Positions 47,481 through 59,242 of a stretch of 64,000 nt of DNA are shown one piece after another. The notes under the pieces were generated by a model. That model searched no databases and had not been told where the DNA came from. It saw only the letters and a program-made list of their open reading frames with translations. The DNA is from Phoronis australis (taxonomy: Eukaryota > Animalia > Phoronida), in NCBI GenBank assembly GCA_002633005.1, contig NMRA01000632.1, forward strand, positions 124,001 through 188,000, in the 5' to 3' direction. Each line of letters starts with the position of its first letter. Positions within the stretch are counted from its first letter, which is position 1. The translations under genes and the position numbers were made by a program.

Positions 47481-49121
47481 ACTTGCCACTTTCTATCGTA
47501 AATCCGATGTTGTTCTATTGAAACCAATGCAAGAACTGTTTTCATTCGCTTAACCGCGTCTTGTAAAGAACGAAGTACGGAGTGGGGGAATTTCTGTGAA
47601 TGAATTAGCAGGCTGGTAAGAAGCATTCGTGAGTCCATGGTCCAGGAAGAGATCTCAATTTTGCACTTTTTCGTAAAACTGTTGTTTTGATGTTATATAT
47701 TCTAGCAGAACCAATAAATTGTACATGGCATAATGTTTGTTTTCAGTTTAGAGGGAGGGTCAGGGAAGAGGGTTGGGGCGGGGGGAGGCCAGGGGGAGAA
47801 CATTTATTTAGAATAATACATATACTACTTTACAATACGAATGATTTTAGGTGACCCTGGCAGGTATGAAACCGTTAAAATGAGAAGGAAGGGGGGGGGG
47901 GCAATTACAATTTAATACATTGTAAAGTAAATTTTATTAAATTATAACTTAAGTTAGATTACAAATTGATACATAAACAAAATAAAACGCATTGCAAATT
48001 TAGAAAATTTGCCAAGTGAGAACTTTTGAATCTTAGCAGTTTTATTCTTTTGCTTTTAAAGTAGCATTCCTGGCGAGAAAGAATTTGCATACATTGGTAT
48101 AAGCAAGGAATCTAACCATGGAGCACCACAGTAGCAGCCGAACGCTCTGTTGTTGAGTTAAATCAAATGTAGTTCTGAAAAGTGTTGCTTGACTCCTATA
48201 ATACAGATAAAAACAATGCATTCAATCCAGCTGGGGTTCACTTCCGAACTGAAAAATGAAGTAATACCTAAAATTACGTATACACAACTGGTCTCGGCAG
48301 CTACCCCACTACACGCACTAGACGTGAATCTGCCTGAATGCAGGAACGTGACACTTGTGGATCTTATGGTTTCGCAATGGGGACTGTCACAATTTTCGAA
48401 GAAAAATGTCCGCTTAACCCCTAAACTCGGATTTTCAATTTTCGTTTTCAGATGTTCATTGGAAACAGGATGCTGGGATATTAGAGAGGTTTCGCAAAGC
48501 GACGTGAACGCATATAATATTAATTTCCATGTCATACACGCCATTGTTGGCTGTGACGTAATCCCGTTAGTGTTTGCGTATTTTACGCGAACACAGGGAT
48601 ATTCTCGTCGCTTTAAACGCGAAACTTGTGGTCCCTTTTTAATTCTTATTTGGAAAGACATCGAAACAATTTATATTTTGATAGGGTTTTCAAGCTTTCT
48701 TCTTTGCTTCAGTATAAAACGAAAGCGATTTTTTGTCTATAAATGGAAAGAAACGGAAGTGAGGCTTGAAATGGAGATGGGAGAGGCTAGGTGCAGAACA
48801 CAGCATGTTGAATCTCATCGCAAAAATTAACTAAAAATTGACTGAATTGAAATTGACTGATTTGTGTTAGATATAATGAAAATAAAAGAAGTTGTATTCG
48901 CAGAGGGATTGGTAAGTAGTTTGTAATCTAGCCGGTATGTTGCCATAACTGGACACCCTGAGCTCAGTTATTCGGTTCACGTTTACTTTCACGTTCGCGC
49001 AAAAATTAAGCTGTTACGAAACCTATTTTTCATACCGTTACGTGAATAGGCTCGTGCAATTACATATGCGTGATAATTCACGTTCACTTCGTTTTGCGAA
49101 ACCCCTCTATTGAAAACTCAA

Positions 49122-49465
49122 TAAACAAGTAGGTCTCTTAGAATCACGAAATTACGTGTGAAATCTAGTCGTGGTGGTGCAGTGGTAAAGCACGCGCGCT
49201 CTGTGTGCTAGGTCGTGAGTTTGAAAGTGTGGTAACTGCAGTTTTTCAAGTGTGACACGTTCTTCGTGCTATTTAATTCTTGGATAATACTTCAGGAATC
49301 AAGGAAAATGCTTGAATTTTAGAGGAAAAAACAGAAAAATTTTCCTGACGGGAGGGGGGTTTGCCTCCCCCCATGCGGTGCAATGCGCATCTACAATCGT
49401 ACTTTGCGTAAATGTTTGCAGACAAAAAGTTGGGCCCCCCTTGTGATATCCTAGATCCGCCACTG
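49122..49465. mobile_element. Partial copy of the 33972-34806 element
   Basis: Shared AAACAAGTAGGTCTCT, GTGGTGGTGCAGTGGTAAAGC, GGAATCAAGGAAAATGCTTGA and terminal CCTAGATCCGCCACTG. Confidence 0.75.
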
Positions 49466-50279
49466 TAATTAGCATTTAACCAAAACTTTCCCGGTTGCCG
49501 GCTCGGCCGCTCTGACGTATCATTAAGTCATCATACAACTGAAGTCATCGGATATGTAGAAGGCCATATAAGCCTATAGAGAAATTAAGAAGCACTAGAT
49601 TTACGAGACCCTCGCGCTGCCAGTCTGCAAATTTCAGGAACAGACAGTGGCTAAATAAAGCTGAGGAGTGAAGGCCGAAAGAAACTGCGACGAAAGGCTG
49701 ACACAGAAGTGTAGGGGCCCCGCAGAGATCAAGCTGGCCTTGGCCGTACGGCAGCAGAATTACTGGGCATTGGCACCGGCCCTTGTAGCGATATGTCGGA
49801 CGAAATGGCAAGCGCGACTTTAGATTTAGTCAATTTGCAAGCAATGGCATAATCAGTTTCATATTTTTCCCCGGCCGCCTGACTTCAAGCCCAGGGCTAG
49901 AGGCCTCATAAAAGCGGGCAGCTTCAACTATACGGCCCACGCCATAACAGGCTATTTGTCAAGGCGCTGGTTCTTGTAAACAATTTTGATTCAAACTGTG
50001 GATAAGAATCAACTGCGATTTCTTTGTACGATGATAATTCGCCATGTTTTTGCAGACACATCCTGGATGCCTTCGGCCGCAGGCCTGATGAGCTGAACCA
50101 ACCAAATTGCGAATTCAAGTTAAATCCGTGGTTTATTATTTGGGGTTTTCTGGCCGCAACTGGTTGACAGAAAACACAAGACAGATACCGACTGGCCTGA
50201 AAACCGACGTTGTTTTGTATTCGCCAGTTCGTCGCGATATTTTTATTCAGAAGCTTTCAAAGCTGATTCTCGCTTGTGT

Positions 50280-50345
50280 TTAGTCGTTGCCATTAGAGGG
50301 CGGTGTAATCGGTGTAAAGTAAAACATGGCGCCTCCCATGTAATC
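50280..50345 (+). promoter_or_regulatory. MRPL13 proximal promoter: X-box-like half site, GC box, YY1-like motif
   Basis: GTTGCCAT (50286), GGGCGG (50298), AAAACATGGCGCC (50321-50333), just upstream of the ATG at 50379. Confidence 0.55.
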
Positions 50346-50378
50346 GGCACATTCTGAATTTTAGAAAATACTTGGATA

Positions 50379-50408
50379 ATGAACCACAGCGCTCATCGCA
50401 GGGTTCTG
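50379..50408 (+). CDS. MRPL13: MRPL13 exon 1
   Basis: ataATG MNHSAHRRVL|gtaagc, phase 0 joins QWATFAR. Confidence 0.8.
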
Positions 50409-53400
50409 GTAAGCCGACCTTAGCGTTTAATACTTCAACAGCTATCTATTCTCTGGTCGACTTCGGGTGTTTAAGGTTGCTGTCGATTTGTAATTTTCGC
50501 ACAATAGATGATGGCTGTCCCCTGGCTTCACCATTTCACACGGTACATAGGCCCTGTAGATACTATAATACAACAGTCGCTCTCTAATCTATGGAAGCTG
50601 GAGACACTATGCAACTAACACGGGTGAGCAACAACATGACCGCCGGTCCTCTAAACAGGACCTTCGGGGATCAAATGGGACCGCCTCACCAGAAAATGGG
50701 ACTGAGGCACCTTTATCCACTGTGTCAGTTTTAGAACAAAATGAAAATTATTTTCTCAAATTTGATGTTATGGTCAAGTAAACAAAAACGTTTTGGTTCT
50801 CGGGTGAAGCATCATCATAACTAGTCTTTGCGTGGCAAAGCTGTACATACTAAAGATACAGCTTTGCGCCGATGTGAGTAAAAAACTGAACATGACGTAA
50901 AATCTTCACCCAGCGAATTAGTGTTATTAATGACACTCTTCCTTGAGTAAACTAAATTATCCATTGGTGCTCAAGAAAATTTGTCGTTCTGTCGTTATTC
51001 TAGTGCTAAAATTGAGATGCGTTCTTTTAGGTCAGCTTACATTGACCGGTTCCTTTTCCCCCCGATTCTTCATTCAGCTGTTCTTCTCTTCTACGAGGTT
51101 GCGTACATGGCGCAACAAATTATCGAAACTGGTTTCATTTCGTTATAAGTTTTTAGTATTTTAAGACCAGTAAACCGAATTTCAGAACAAACCTTGCTGC
51201 TGCGAAGTTGTCATCACCTTCCGAAGAGATGTCACAAAATTTTAGGAAAAAGCGCGTGCACATGTCATGAGCGCGACAGACTTTTTGTTACAATAGGTCA
51301 TTAGATTGTTTTTCACTCAAGCGGCTGCAACCTGCAAGGTGAGTGTTGGTTGACTCCTAGATTTTGCATGTGCCTGCACCGGCTGCGAGCTCTACATGTT
51401 GATGTAAGTTTCACGACGAGGTGACGAGCAGAACTACCCGGGCTGTGGCAAATTTCGGGGATCTAACGAAGCTCAATAACGCAGTGCTGCCAAGCTTTAT
51501 TTTGGCGATAGTCTTTACACAGCTAGCTGACCGGTTACGTCGTAACCTGCAGTATCATACAAAGGCATCAATTGATAACTACATGTTCAGTCCCCAGTGG
51601 TCCTGTTTTGTGGTGGGGCAGTCCTGTTTTGGGTGAGTCAGTCCGATTTAGAGGACCGGCGGTCATGTTGTTTCTCACCCTTGTTTAAGGATGAAAAGGA
51701 TTCCATGCACGGCACTGCAATTTCATAAAGCCCAGTCCTGGACCAGCAGACACTACACCTCACACCTGTGATACAAATCCCCAGAGTCATGCCCCCAAAC
51801 CACACACACGCACACACACACACACAAAACAAAAATGCTCCTGACCTGGAGAACAAACCCCAGTGTTGGAGACCATTCTGGGTGAGGAACCTGGTCCTTG
51901 GGCTGGTTTTTGGTCCTGGAATATGGAGTATCTGTGGACCCTGTGTGGAGTTTAGGAGGTTGGGTCTGGGGATTTGTATCCCAGGTTTGGTGAACACCGG
52001 GGTTTAGGGAGTAGTATAACTTAGAATTTAGAAGTGAAGCTATGGAATAATTTCCATCCCCTGGCTAGACCCGTGTCAAAAAGTTGGGTTATGCCAATGA
52101 TAGTTTTCTTTCAGCAACTTTTGTAATATCTGAAAACGCAATTTTAGTAAGTGAGTTCTTGTGTTAAGGATAATGTTTTTCACTCTGCATTCCTCGTGTT
52201 ACATACTGTTCTTTGCATCCTTCTAAAATAAAGAATCAACAAAATGTGACTTTGAAAACATGATCCTGATATGAATTTTCTCTGCTTCCATAGCAATGGG
52301 CCACATTTGCCAGAACTTGGCACATTTTTGACGCGAATATGCAATGTCCATTCAAGACAGCCAACCTTCTTATACCCTATCTACAAGGAAAGAATAAGCC
52401 AATCTATGATCCACAAAGTAAGTAATAGATAAAATGAAATGTATTCTTGCTCGTTTAAGCTCACATATAGTTTATTTTCTCTGTTGTCATTTTTCTACCC
52501 AGTTGTGGAAACAACTTTGTTTTCAAATTAGCAGAATACATGCAGTACTACTACAGAAACAGATGGATACCTTAGTATGTTGGTTGATACTGTTCTTGCC
52601 TGGGTTGTCATCCAGGGTGCGTAACTTGGGGAACTAGAAAATCAGTTGTGGAAGCAAATTTGAGCGTGGCTCTTAAATGGAAAGTTTTAGAAGTTGGGTG
52701 TGGGCACGTACCAAATGATCATTTGGGTTAATACCCAGGGAGCTCCACTGGCCTCACATGCACAAGTTGAGTAAATCATGCAGTGATTGGCTTATCATCC
52801 AGAATGTAGTGGCGTGATCCAAATTTTTACACAGCTTATCTGATACAAACATTACACCGTAATGAGCTGTCTATATGAATGCTTTTGTCATTTTTTACAC
52901 ACGAGTGCGATAACAGTAGAATGCGCGTGAGCCAAAACAGGAATTTCATGTCTCATTTGGTAAAGAGCAGCAGAGTGGGTATTTCACTGCTCAAATAAGG
53001 CCATGTTCTTCTGAAACTAAACTTATCATAATAACTCAAAGGTAAGTGAGTTGTGACTTTTTGGGAGCTAAAAGGCTGACTGGACAGGTTGTCACAAAGA
53101 CACTTATAAAGAAGTCTTGGTCACATAAATTGGGCGAAGCAGGTTAGCCAAGGTCAGTGATTAAAAGGGAAAATTTGTAAATTTTTGAGATTGACTGTAA
53201 ACTGATATTAGGCGATGACCCGGGCAAGTACAGTAGCCAAATCAATCCATGTTTTTCCATGTCTATAGGTGATTGTGGCGACCATGTGGTGGTCATCAAC
53301 ACACGCCACATTGCCATGAGGGACCAGCTGTGGAGAACATGGAAGCACTTTCACCACACCGGGTGAGTACCCATAACATGGGCTTCTAGCTGGTTTGAGA

Positions 53401-56400
53401 TAACAACTAAAGCTTTGGTCAATCATAAGACTACTCAGTTCTTATATCGCATCCAAGGGTTTACCTTAAAAATCGGCGAAAATTTTAAAAGGCCTTGGTG
53501 TTGGCTCTGCTTTCTTCGTCAAGGTGGCGCTATATGAAGTACTATGTCATAAACATGGGAAAGCTTGTAACTGATCGTAAGAGGATAATGGAATCCAATT
53601 GTATCAGAAAAAATAAGCGTATGATGAAATGGGATGAAGGAGGTTACAAGCTTTATCACTTTTATGACGTAGTGCTTCATATAGCGCCACCTATGCCTAA
53701 GAAGAAGGCAGAGTCACCACCAAACCCTTCAAAAACTTCTGCCTTGGGTGTGTTATAAGAACTGAGTAACCTTAATCCCTCAAATATCCGGGTAAGACTG
53801 TTTGGGGATTTTATCAGTCACTGTGACTGGCTGAAGTGTGTAATACCAGTTAATAGTTTATATAGTTGCAGTTTTTTGGCATTAGCTCCATTTTCATGTA
53901 TCCTATAGTTAACTTTTATCCAAACGTTTGACACGGTAAAAAAGAAACTATTATGTTGTTAACATGTGACAACATGGTCTGTCTAGCGTGTTTCATGGTG
54001 AAATTTATTGGTTTTACTTGCATTTCGGTGTGTAGGTACCCTGGTGGTTTCTCGGAAACGCGGGTGTTCAAAGTTCACGATCTTGACCCAACCCGGGTAC
54101 TTTACAAGCAGATCTATGCCACACTGCCTGGGAATCTATGGCGTAAGAAGCACATGGCAAGGTTACATCTGTACCCTGATCTGGTCAGTGTCATCGACAA
54201 TTCTTTAAGCTACGTCTCCTCAATCGAATCGTTGTATGTGAATGTTATTACATATGTCCACTGTCTACTTAGTATGATTATGGTATGCAGGATCCAAGCT
54301 ATTTCTATGGAGTATGATTGCTGAATGGGAGCAGTCATGGTTTACCTCAGTGCATAGTATGGTTAAGTTATGGTTCATCTCAATGCATAGTATGGTTAAG
54401 TTATGGTTCATCTCAATGCATAGTATGGTTAAGTTATGGTTCACCTCAATGCATAGTATGGTTAAGTTATGGTTCGTCTCAATGCATAGTATTGTTAATA
54501 AATCATATTCTGATGCACTTACACCATTGCACATGGTCACATGTCACAAGTAACATTCAGTAATAGGCCAACAATGTCTCAATAAATCTTATTCATCTCA
54601 ACCTGAAATATTCTGTCATTTTTATCTATCTACAAAGTTGATGTTGTCATACACAACAATCATATGCGACAGTCAGGATGGTGTGAACTGAACTATTAGA
54701 AGCTATGCTTCCACCTTGGCTTTGTTATATGAAGCCTCAAAATCAACATATAAGTGAGAAAAGCGTATATTTGAGTGATTTGTTGGTTTGTCCACACACT
54801 ACTAGTAAATGGAGAACATTTTTATACGCTACCGAAGCATTACTCGTGTATTCAAATGTCAAAGATAGCTTTTCTGTTAGTGATTCTGAATGACATTGGA
54901 CAATGGTGTTATGTTGTAAATGATACTGGACAATAGTGTCTGTTGTCAATGGCATTAGACAATAATGTCATGTTGTTAGTGACTTTAGACAATGATGTTA
55001 TCTTCAGTTGTCAATGACACTTTACAGTGATTATAAGTTGTCAATCACTTATTTTTCAGGAAGTGCCTGAAGACATCCTGAAGAACGTTTCATCACAGAT
55101 TCCGCAAATTATGGCGGTGCCAAAACGACTCGACGAATACACGGAAGAGCAGATCAAAGACTTTCCTAAAGTTTTTGACTGGTATGCATCTGTCCAGTTA
55201 TCAGTTGTGGGAGTTTGTGATAGTAAGCCACATGGCTTGTATTAAATAAATGTTATATTTTTATACACCCACATCTCTGGTGGTGAATTACGCCATCACC
55301 AACATTCATCCATCCAGCGTCCGTTGCTGTATCCCCGAAACCCCTTGTTCATGAAATTTTACAGATATCTTACCATGATGATGGATGGCACGGGCGAATT
55401 TTTGGATGGATCTGTCTACCAGTGTGCCCCCTAGTAGCAATTTTGTTTTTATGTTTGACTGTGTATCTTTGGAGTTCTTAACCAAATATTCGACGGCGGA
55501 CTTTTCTTTACAGTTACAAAAGCCAAAGAATGATATAAAAATGATGTTTAGTGGATTGTTTTTCACTTTAATGGCAGCAACAGGAAAGGAAAGTTTCGGT
55601 TGACTCCCAGATTTTGCATACAGCCAATCGGATTGTCAGCTGTACATGTTGACATTAGTGTCACAGTGAAGTGACAAGCAGAACTTACCGAATTGGTGTG
55701 ACATTTCGAGGAGACAGTGTGGCTCTGTGGTTAGAGCTCCGGACTCCTGTTTGGGAGACCTGGGTTCAAATCCTGGCTTCACTGGCTGACATTCGAGCAT
55801 TGCACAAAGATGTCTCCTATTCCTCTGAGCTTGGTCGTATTTGTGAACGTGTGCAAGGGAGTGAATGAGAACCTGGATATAATGCAAAAGCAATTTTTGG
55901 TCTGCGCTCGTATTTTTTTTGTAGATTTCGAGGTCTATGTAAATTTAATACAGCAGCAGTCTGGCAGTATTTCATACATCTATTTGCCTGACTAAACATA
56001 TACCTATACAAGTTCCTTGATGGATCTTCATGCAATTGGTATAATGTTTTTTTATTGATGAGAGTACAGCTGGTGTGGATCTTAGGTCTGTTTACTTTGG
56101 AGTCCCCTAGTAGCAATTTTGTTTTTCTTTATTAAGTTCCTTGATAAATTAAAATATGTGTTGAAATTCCGCTCTATTACCGACCATTATATAGTCAGGT
56201 AAAATAGTATAAAGTAAAATTACGAACGTTGGTATTAAAATTTAAAAAATATTCCCCGTGTTTGGAGCTGTGTTTTCATTATTAAGGGTGCAATACAGTC
56301 TGACCTTCCTTGATGTCCATGAAATTTGGAAAGTAAGTTTCTGTCACGTAGACAACTGCACAATCAAATGGAGTTGACCTACGTTGTGCCCCCTATTGGT

Positions 56401-57085
56401 CTTTCTATTGTTTTTATGTCCCTTGTCGTCTGCCTCCCTGTTCTCCAAACTTCTTGACTAATCATGATTAAAGGTGGCAGGTGTGTTCCCATTGACATTA
56501 CTTGCAGCCCATAGAGGCTAGTATTGAGTTTACTGGCATTGCGTTTGGTAGAAATGTTTAAAAATATCAGTCATATCTTGTATCTGCACTGTTTGTGATG
56601 CATGCTGTGGGTGCCTGTCAACACTTTGTTTCACTTTTGTTTTTACTTTGTATTTGTTGTAAATGTATGCTCTTGGGCGTAGCTACTCAAACATGAAAAA
56701 AATAAAATGTCATTTTAATTGTTTTTCTGTTAATACTTTTAGTAGCAAATAAGTTTTCTGCAATTTTTATTACAACTGCTGCTAAAACTCCAATTGCATA
56801 TTCACAAAATGAACAACAACAGTCGCTTGTAAACTGTCAAAATTTTTGTCAACATCAAAGTTTGTGACATGGTTTGGACATCCTGGACAAAATTAGCTAG
56901 CTACGCCCCTGATGCTGATTGGTATAACAACAATTGTTTTGTGCACTTGGTTGTTTGATTTATTTGCACTCATTTTTTTAATTCCCCTGTTCTATTGTAG
57001 GCCTGAAGGTTTTATATTTGACAAAGGACAGTGGGAAGAAGAGAGGCTTAAAAAATTTGACGAAAAATCCGCCCACGACTCATAG
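50379..57085 (+). CDS. MRPL13: 39S mitochondrial ribosomal protein L13 (uL13m), complete six-exon gene, 200 aa
   Basis: join(50379-50408,52294-52417,53269-53362,54036-54183,55060-55181,57001-57085)=603 nt, all GT-AG. Motifs: QWATFARTWH, LQGKNKPIY, SDCGDHVVVINTRHIA, HHTGYPGGF, RLHLYPD, PEDILKNV, PKRLDEYT. Confidence 0.95.
50617..51685. mobile_element. TIR element enclosing an inverted copy (~50830-51537) of the 770-bp unit
   Basis: AACACGGGTGAGCAACAACATGACCGCCGGTCCTCTAAA / TTTAGAGGACCGGCGGTCATGTTGTTTCTCACCCTTGTT; the interior is the reverse complement of 18992-19760. Confidence 0.75.
51735..52010. mobile_element. Palindromic MITE-like element with internal (CA)n
   Basis: ACCTGTGATACAAATCCCAGAG / GTCTGGGGATTTGTATCCCAGGT inverted arms. 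Confidence 0.5.
52294..52417 (+). CDS. MRPL13: MRPL13 exon 2
   Basis: ccatag|QWATFARTWHIFDANMQCPFKTANLLIPYLQGKNKPIYDPQ|gtaagt. Confidence 0.95.
53269..53362 (+). CDS. MRPL13: MRPL13 exon 3
   Basis: ctatag|(S)DCGDHVVVINTRHIAMRDQLWRTWKHFHHT(G)|gtgagt. Confidence 0.95.
53426..53775 (+). mobile_element. Penelope-like 3' fragment with an inverted upstream copy of its own end
   Basis: RKRIMESNCIRK...MKWDEGGYKLYHFYDVVL resembles the PLE terminal motif (ESxxIRK..MNRDEGxYxLSxxYD); 53426-53553 is the reverse complement of ~53660-53775. Confidence 0.7.
54036..54183 (+). CDS. MRPL13: MRPL13 exon 4
   Basis: gtgtag|YPGGFSETRVFKVHDLDPTRVLYKQIYATLPGNLWRKKHMARLHLYPDL|gtcagt. Confidence 0.95.
54333..54498. 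repeat. 33-bp minisatellite, 5 copies
   Basis: AGTTATGGTTCATCTCAATGCATAGTATGGTTA, contiguous, no spacers. Confidence 0.95.
55060..55181 (+). CDS. MRPL13: MRPL13 exon 5
   Basis: tttttcag|EVPEDILKNVSSQIPQIMAVPKRLDEYTEEQIKDFPKVFD(W)|gtatgc. Confidence 0.95.
55713..55790 (+). mobile_element. tRNA-derived SINE head or tRNA pseudogene
   Basis: A-box TGGCTCTGTGG with GCTC/GAGC D-stem, loop CTCCTGT, B-box GGTTCAAATCC; the acceptor stem does not pair. Confidence 0.6.
56675..56911. mobile_element. hAT-like MITE (GGGCGTAGCTA termini), related to 60247-60922
   Basis: GGGCGTAGCTA...TAGCTACGCCCCTG; its right end matches the reverse complement of 60247-60320. Confidence 0.55.
57001..57085 (+). CDS. MRPL13: MRPL13 exon 6 (terminal)
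   Basis: ttgtag|(W)PEGFIFDKGQWEEERLKKFDEKSAHDS*; phase 2 fits; ATTAAA at 57122. Confidence 0.8.
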
Positions 57086-58521
57086 CACATAGAAATCAAA
57101 ATATTGAATATATGAAATAGGATTAAAAATGAGTCAAAGGCCCCCCCCCCAGACCACTAGCAGAAAGACGAGCAACGTTTTCTCTGCAAGTACGGACAGA
57201 ATTAAAAGTGATGGTCTCATCTGTGATTTTCCAACTTGATGTCACTATGTCAAGATTTTGTTGTGGACATAATGTGTTTTTATTTATAGAACAAATTCAA
57301 TCAACGAAAGCTTTCACATTGATGTTGCCAGTTCTCCTCAGTAAGTTGCAGTGAACGAAGTTAAGGTTATATAGCACCCCTGATAAATTCTAAATTTGGC
57401 GAACTTTTGGACGTCATATTTCAGAAATGACTGATCCGATTCATATCAAACGCTCACATACGGTGCTTTATTTTTCTCAGACAGCCAAAATTAGTTTAAT
57501 ATAAATGTAAAATTGACATCTCAAAAACATTGTTACAGTTTTCTAAAATAGTATATTCGTTTTCTTTTCATGCAGCTTTTGAGTTTTATTCATATAAGTC
57601 CACTTTGATAGTCCTTCATGCAAAAGTGTAACATTTATAAAACCAATTCCTGGTGGCATATGAAGAACCTTAAATGTTGTAAATATCAATTGAACGATTA
57701 CTGTGGTGGATTGTAATATATCAGGAGACATAATCCTTGAAAGATATCGTTACTGGTTGTACATGTATCTAACGAAAGTGTTCCTGTTCTCGTGGCCTGT
57801 TCACAGAATAATAGGAATCGTGCAAACTTGTTGTAGTTTATTTACCACACTTCTCTCGTCGGAAATTCCCAACCTAACACTACTGACATCTCATTGACCC
57901 TGGCTCCCAGCGGAAGTACCCTTCAGGTGTAGTTTTAGCTCGGCCAATTATTGTGAGCATACTAACTGGCATGTTACATTTGTAATGTAAGTAAACCTTG
58001 CACAAATTCCCACACGGTTGATGTAGTATTGGCCGAAAATAAGTCTATTAAAGCGCTTGTATAATTTAGATGTTGTACAGAGATGAATAAAAGAATGAAA
58101 GTCACGTCTGTAAACAGCGTGTAAACTTATCGGAGTGTGTGTTTCGAGGTTACTTTACCCGCTCTCCTGCATCTCGACAAAACTGTGTGGTGGCTATCCG
58201 TGGGAAATGGTTTGTTCAGTTGCCTTGACCTATCCGTCTGTGCATCTGTTTATAATTGAATTTTGACGATTGTTAGGTTGCCACCACTAATCAGCCGTGC
58301 CAGGGTACCTGAGCGATAGAATGGCTCAGTGTTTTTTTCGAAACCAAAGAATATTAAACGTTGCCGCATGCGAACTGAAATTCAAACCAGTCGCTGCCGA
58401 TACTATACAGGTGTTTCAATTTTACTTTATCGCTTTGGAAACAACAGTATTAAGCGCCTTGTCCTTGGCGATGACCCCGTTCACAAGCCGACATTGAAAG
58501 CACACAATAATGATGAGTAAT

Positions 58522-58772
58522 CATGCATGCACCCAGGGGGGGGGGGCTCAAACGAGCCCCCCATTTGGCGAAGAGGGTAAAAAGGACCGCCTCAGAGAAA
58601 CAAAAAGTCCGAGAAAACGAGTTAAAAGTCCACTAAAAAGGTACAGACGCACGGTTCACAGACCTGAAGGTGGTACCCGGTTTTGGTTAGTCCTCCCGCT
58701 TTTTTGTAGCCTCGAAAGGTCCACTTCATCAGAAATTCGAGCCCCCCATATTAAAGGCTGGGTACGCGCATG
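58522..58772. mobile_element. hAT-like MITE; inverted partial relative at ~38784-39030
   Basis: CATGCATGCACCCAG...CTGGGTACGCGCATG; shared AAAGGTCCAC/GAAATTCGAGCCCCC. Confidence 0.6.
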
Positions 58773-59086
58773 GTAATGAAAGAAGTTGTCTGAAGGTATT
58801 GGTGAACCTTAATGATAAAGGGGGACATCATAGGTGAGAAAAGTTCTGAGATCAGCCTAAGCGCAGAATCAACTGAAGCCTGCAATTCTCGCAGTCGCTA
58901 GTGGAGCTACATGTAAACCAAGTCGTCCCACTTAAAAGTTGGCGTAGTATCTTAAAGGCCATCACTACGTCCAACCTTATTATTTTCTGTCTTTTTTACG
59001 TTTTGTACCTAATTTTAGTTGCCATGGATCATAAATACATACGTCCAAATATCAATACCTGAAAAGTCCGGTTATTGGTGAACTTT

Positions 59087-59242
59087 TGGGCCCAGTTGCA
59101 TAAAAGTTATACGCCGTATAGCAACAATTGCGTCGCTCTATCACGCGTCACGGTTTTATTGTTGAACAATGCACATTACGTCATGCAACAATCAAACTTA
59201 TCCAGCGGATAACTTTTGAAGCTTTATGCAACTCAGCCCTGG
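59087..59242. mobile_element. MITE
   Basis: GGGCCCAGTTGCATAAA / TTTATGCAACTCAGCCC inverted termini. Confidence 0.55.

Noticed and set aside
48158-48830. Longest real ORF (213 aa, +) with an overlapping 167-aa antisense ORF
   Set aside because: Non-ATG start, no recognisable domain, no convincing splice context; likely chance or a repeat interior. A blastx/RNA-seq check would settle it.
50084-50118. CTGATGAGC...GCGAAT hammerhead-like core (also CTGAGGAG...CGAAA at ~49661)
   Set aside because: Stem II is at most 2 bp, with GAAT instead of GAAA, and no matching stems I/III found.
54333-54498. 33-bp repeats as a CRISPR array or repeat protein
   Set aside because: Units are contiguous without spacers, lie in an MRPL13 intron and have no cas genes nearby; open frames arise because 33 is divisible by 3.
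55713-55790. Functional tRNA-Arg(CCT) gene
   Set aside because: The acceptor stem is unpaired and the anticodon stem has mismatches; better read as a SINE head.
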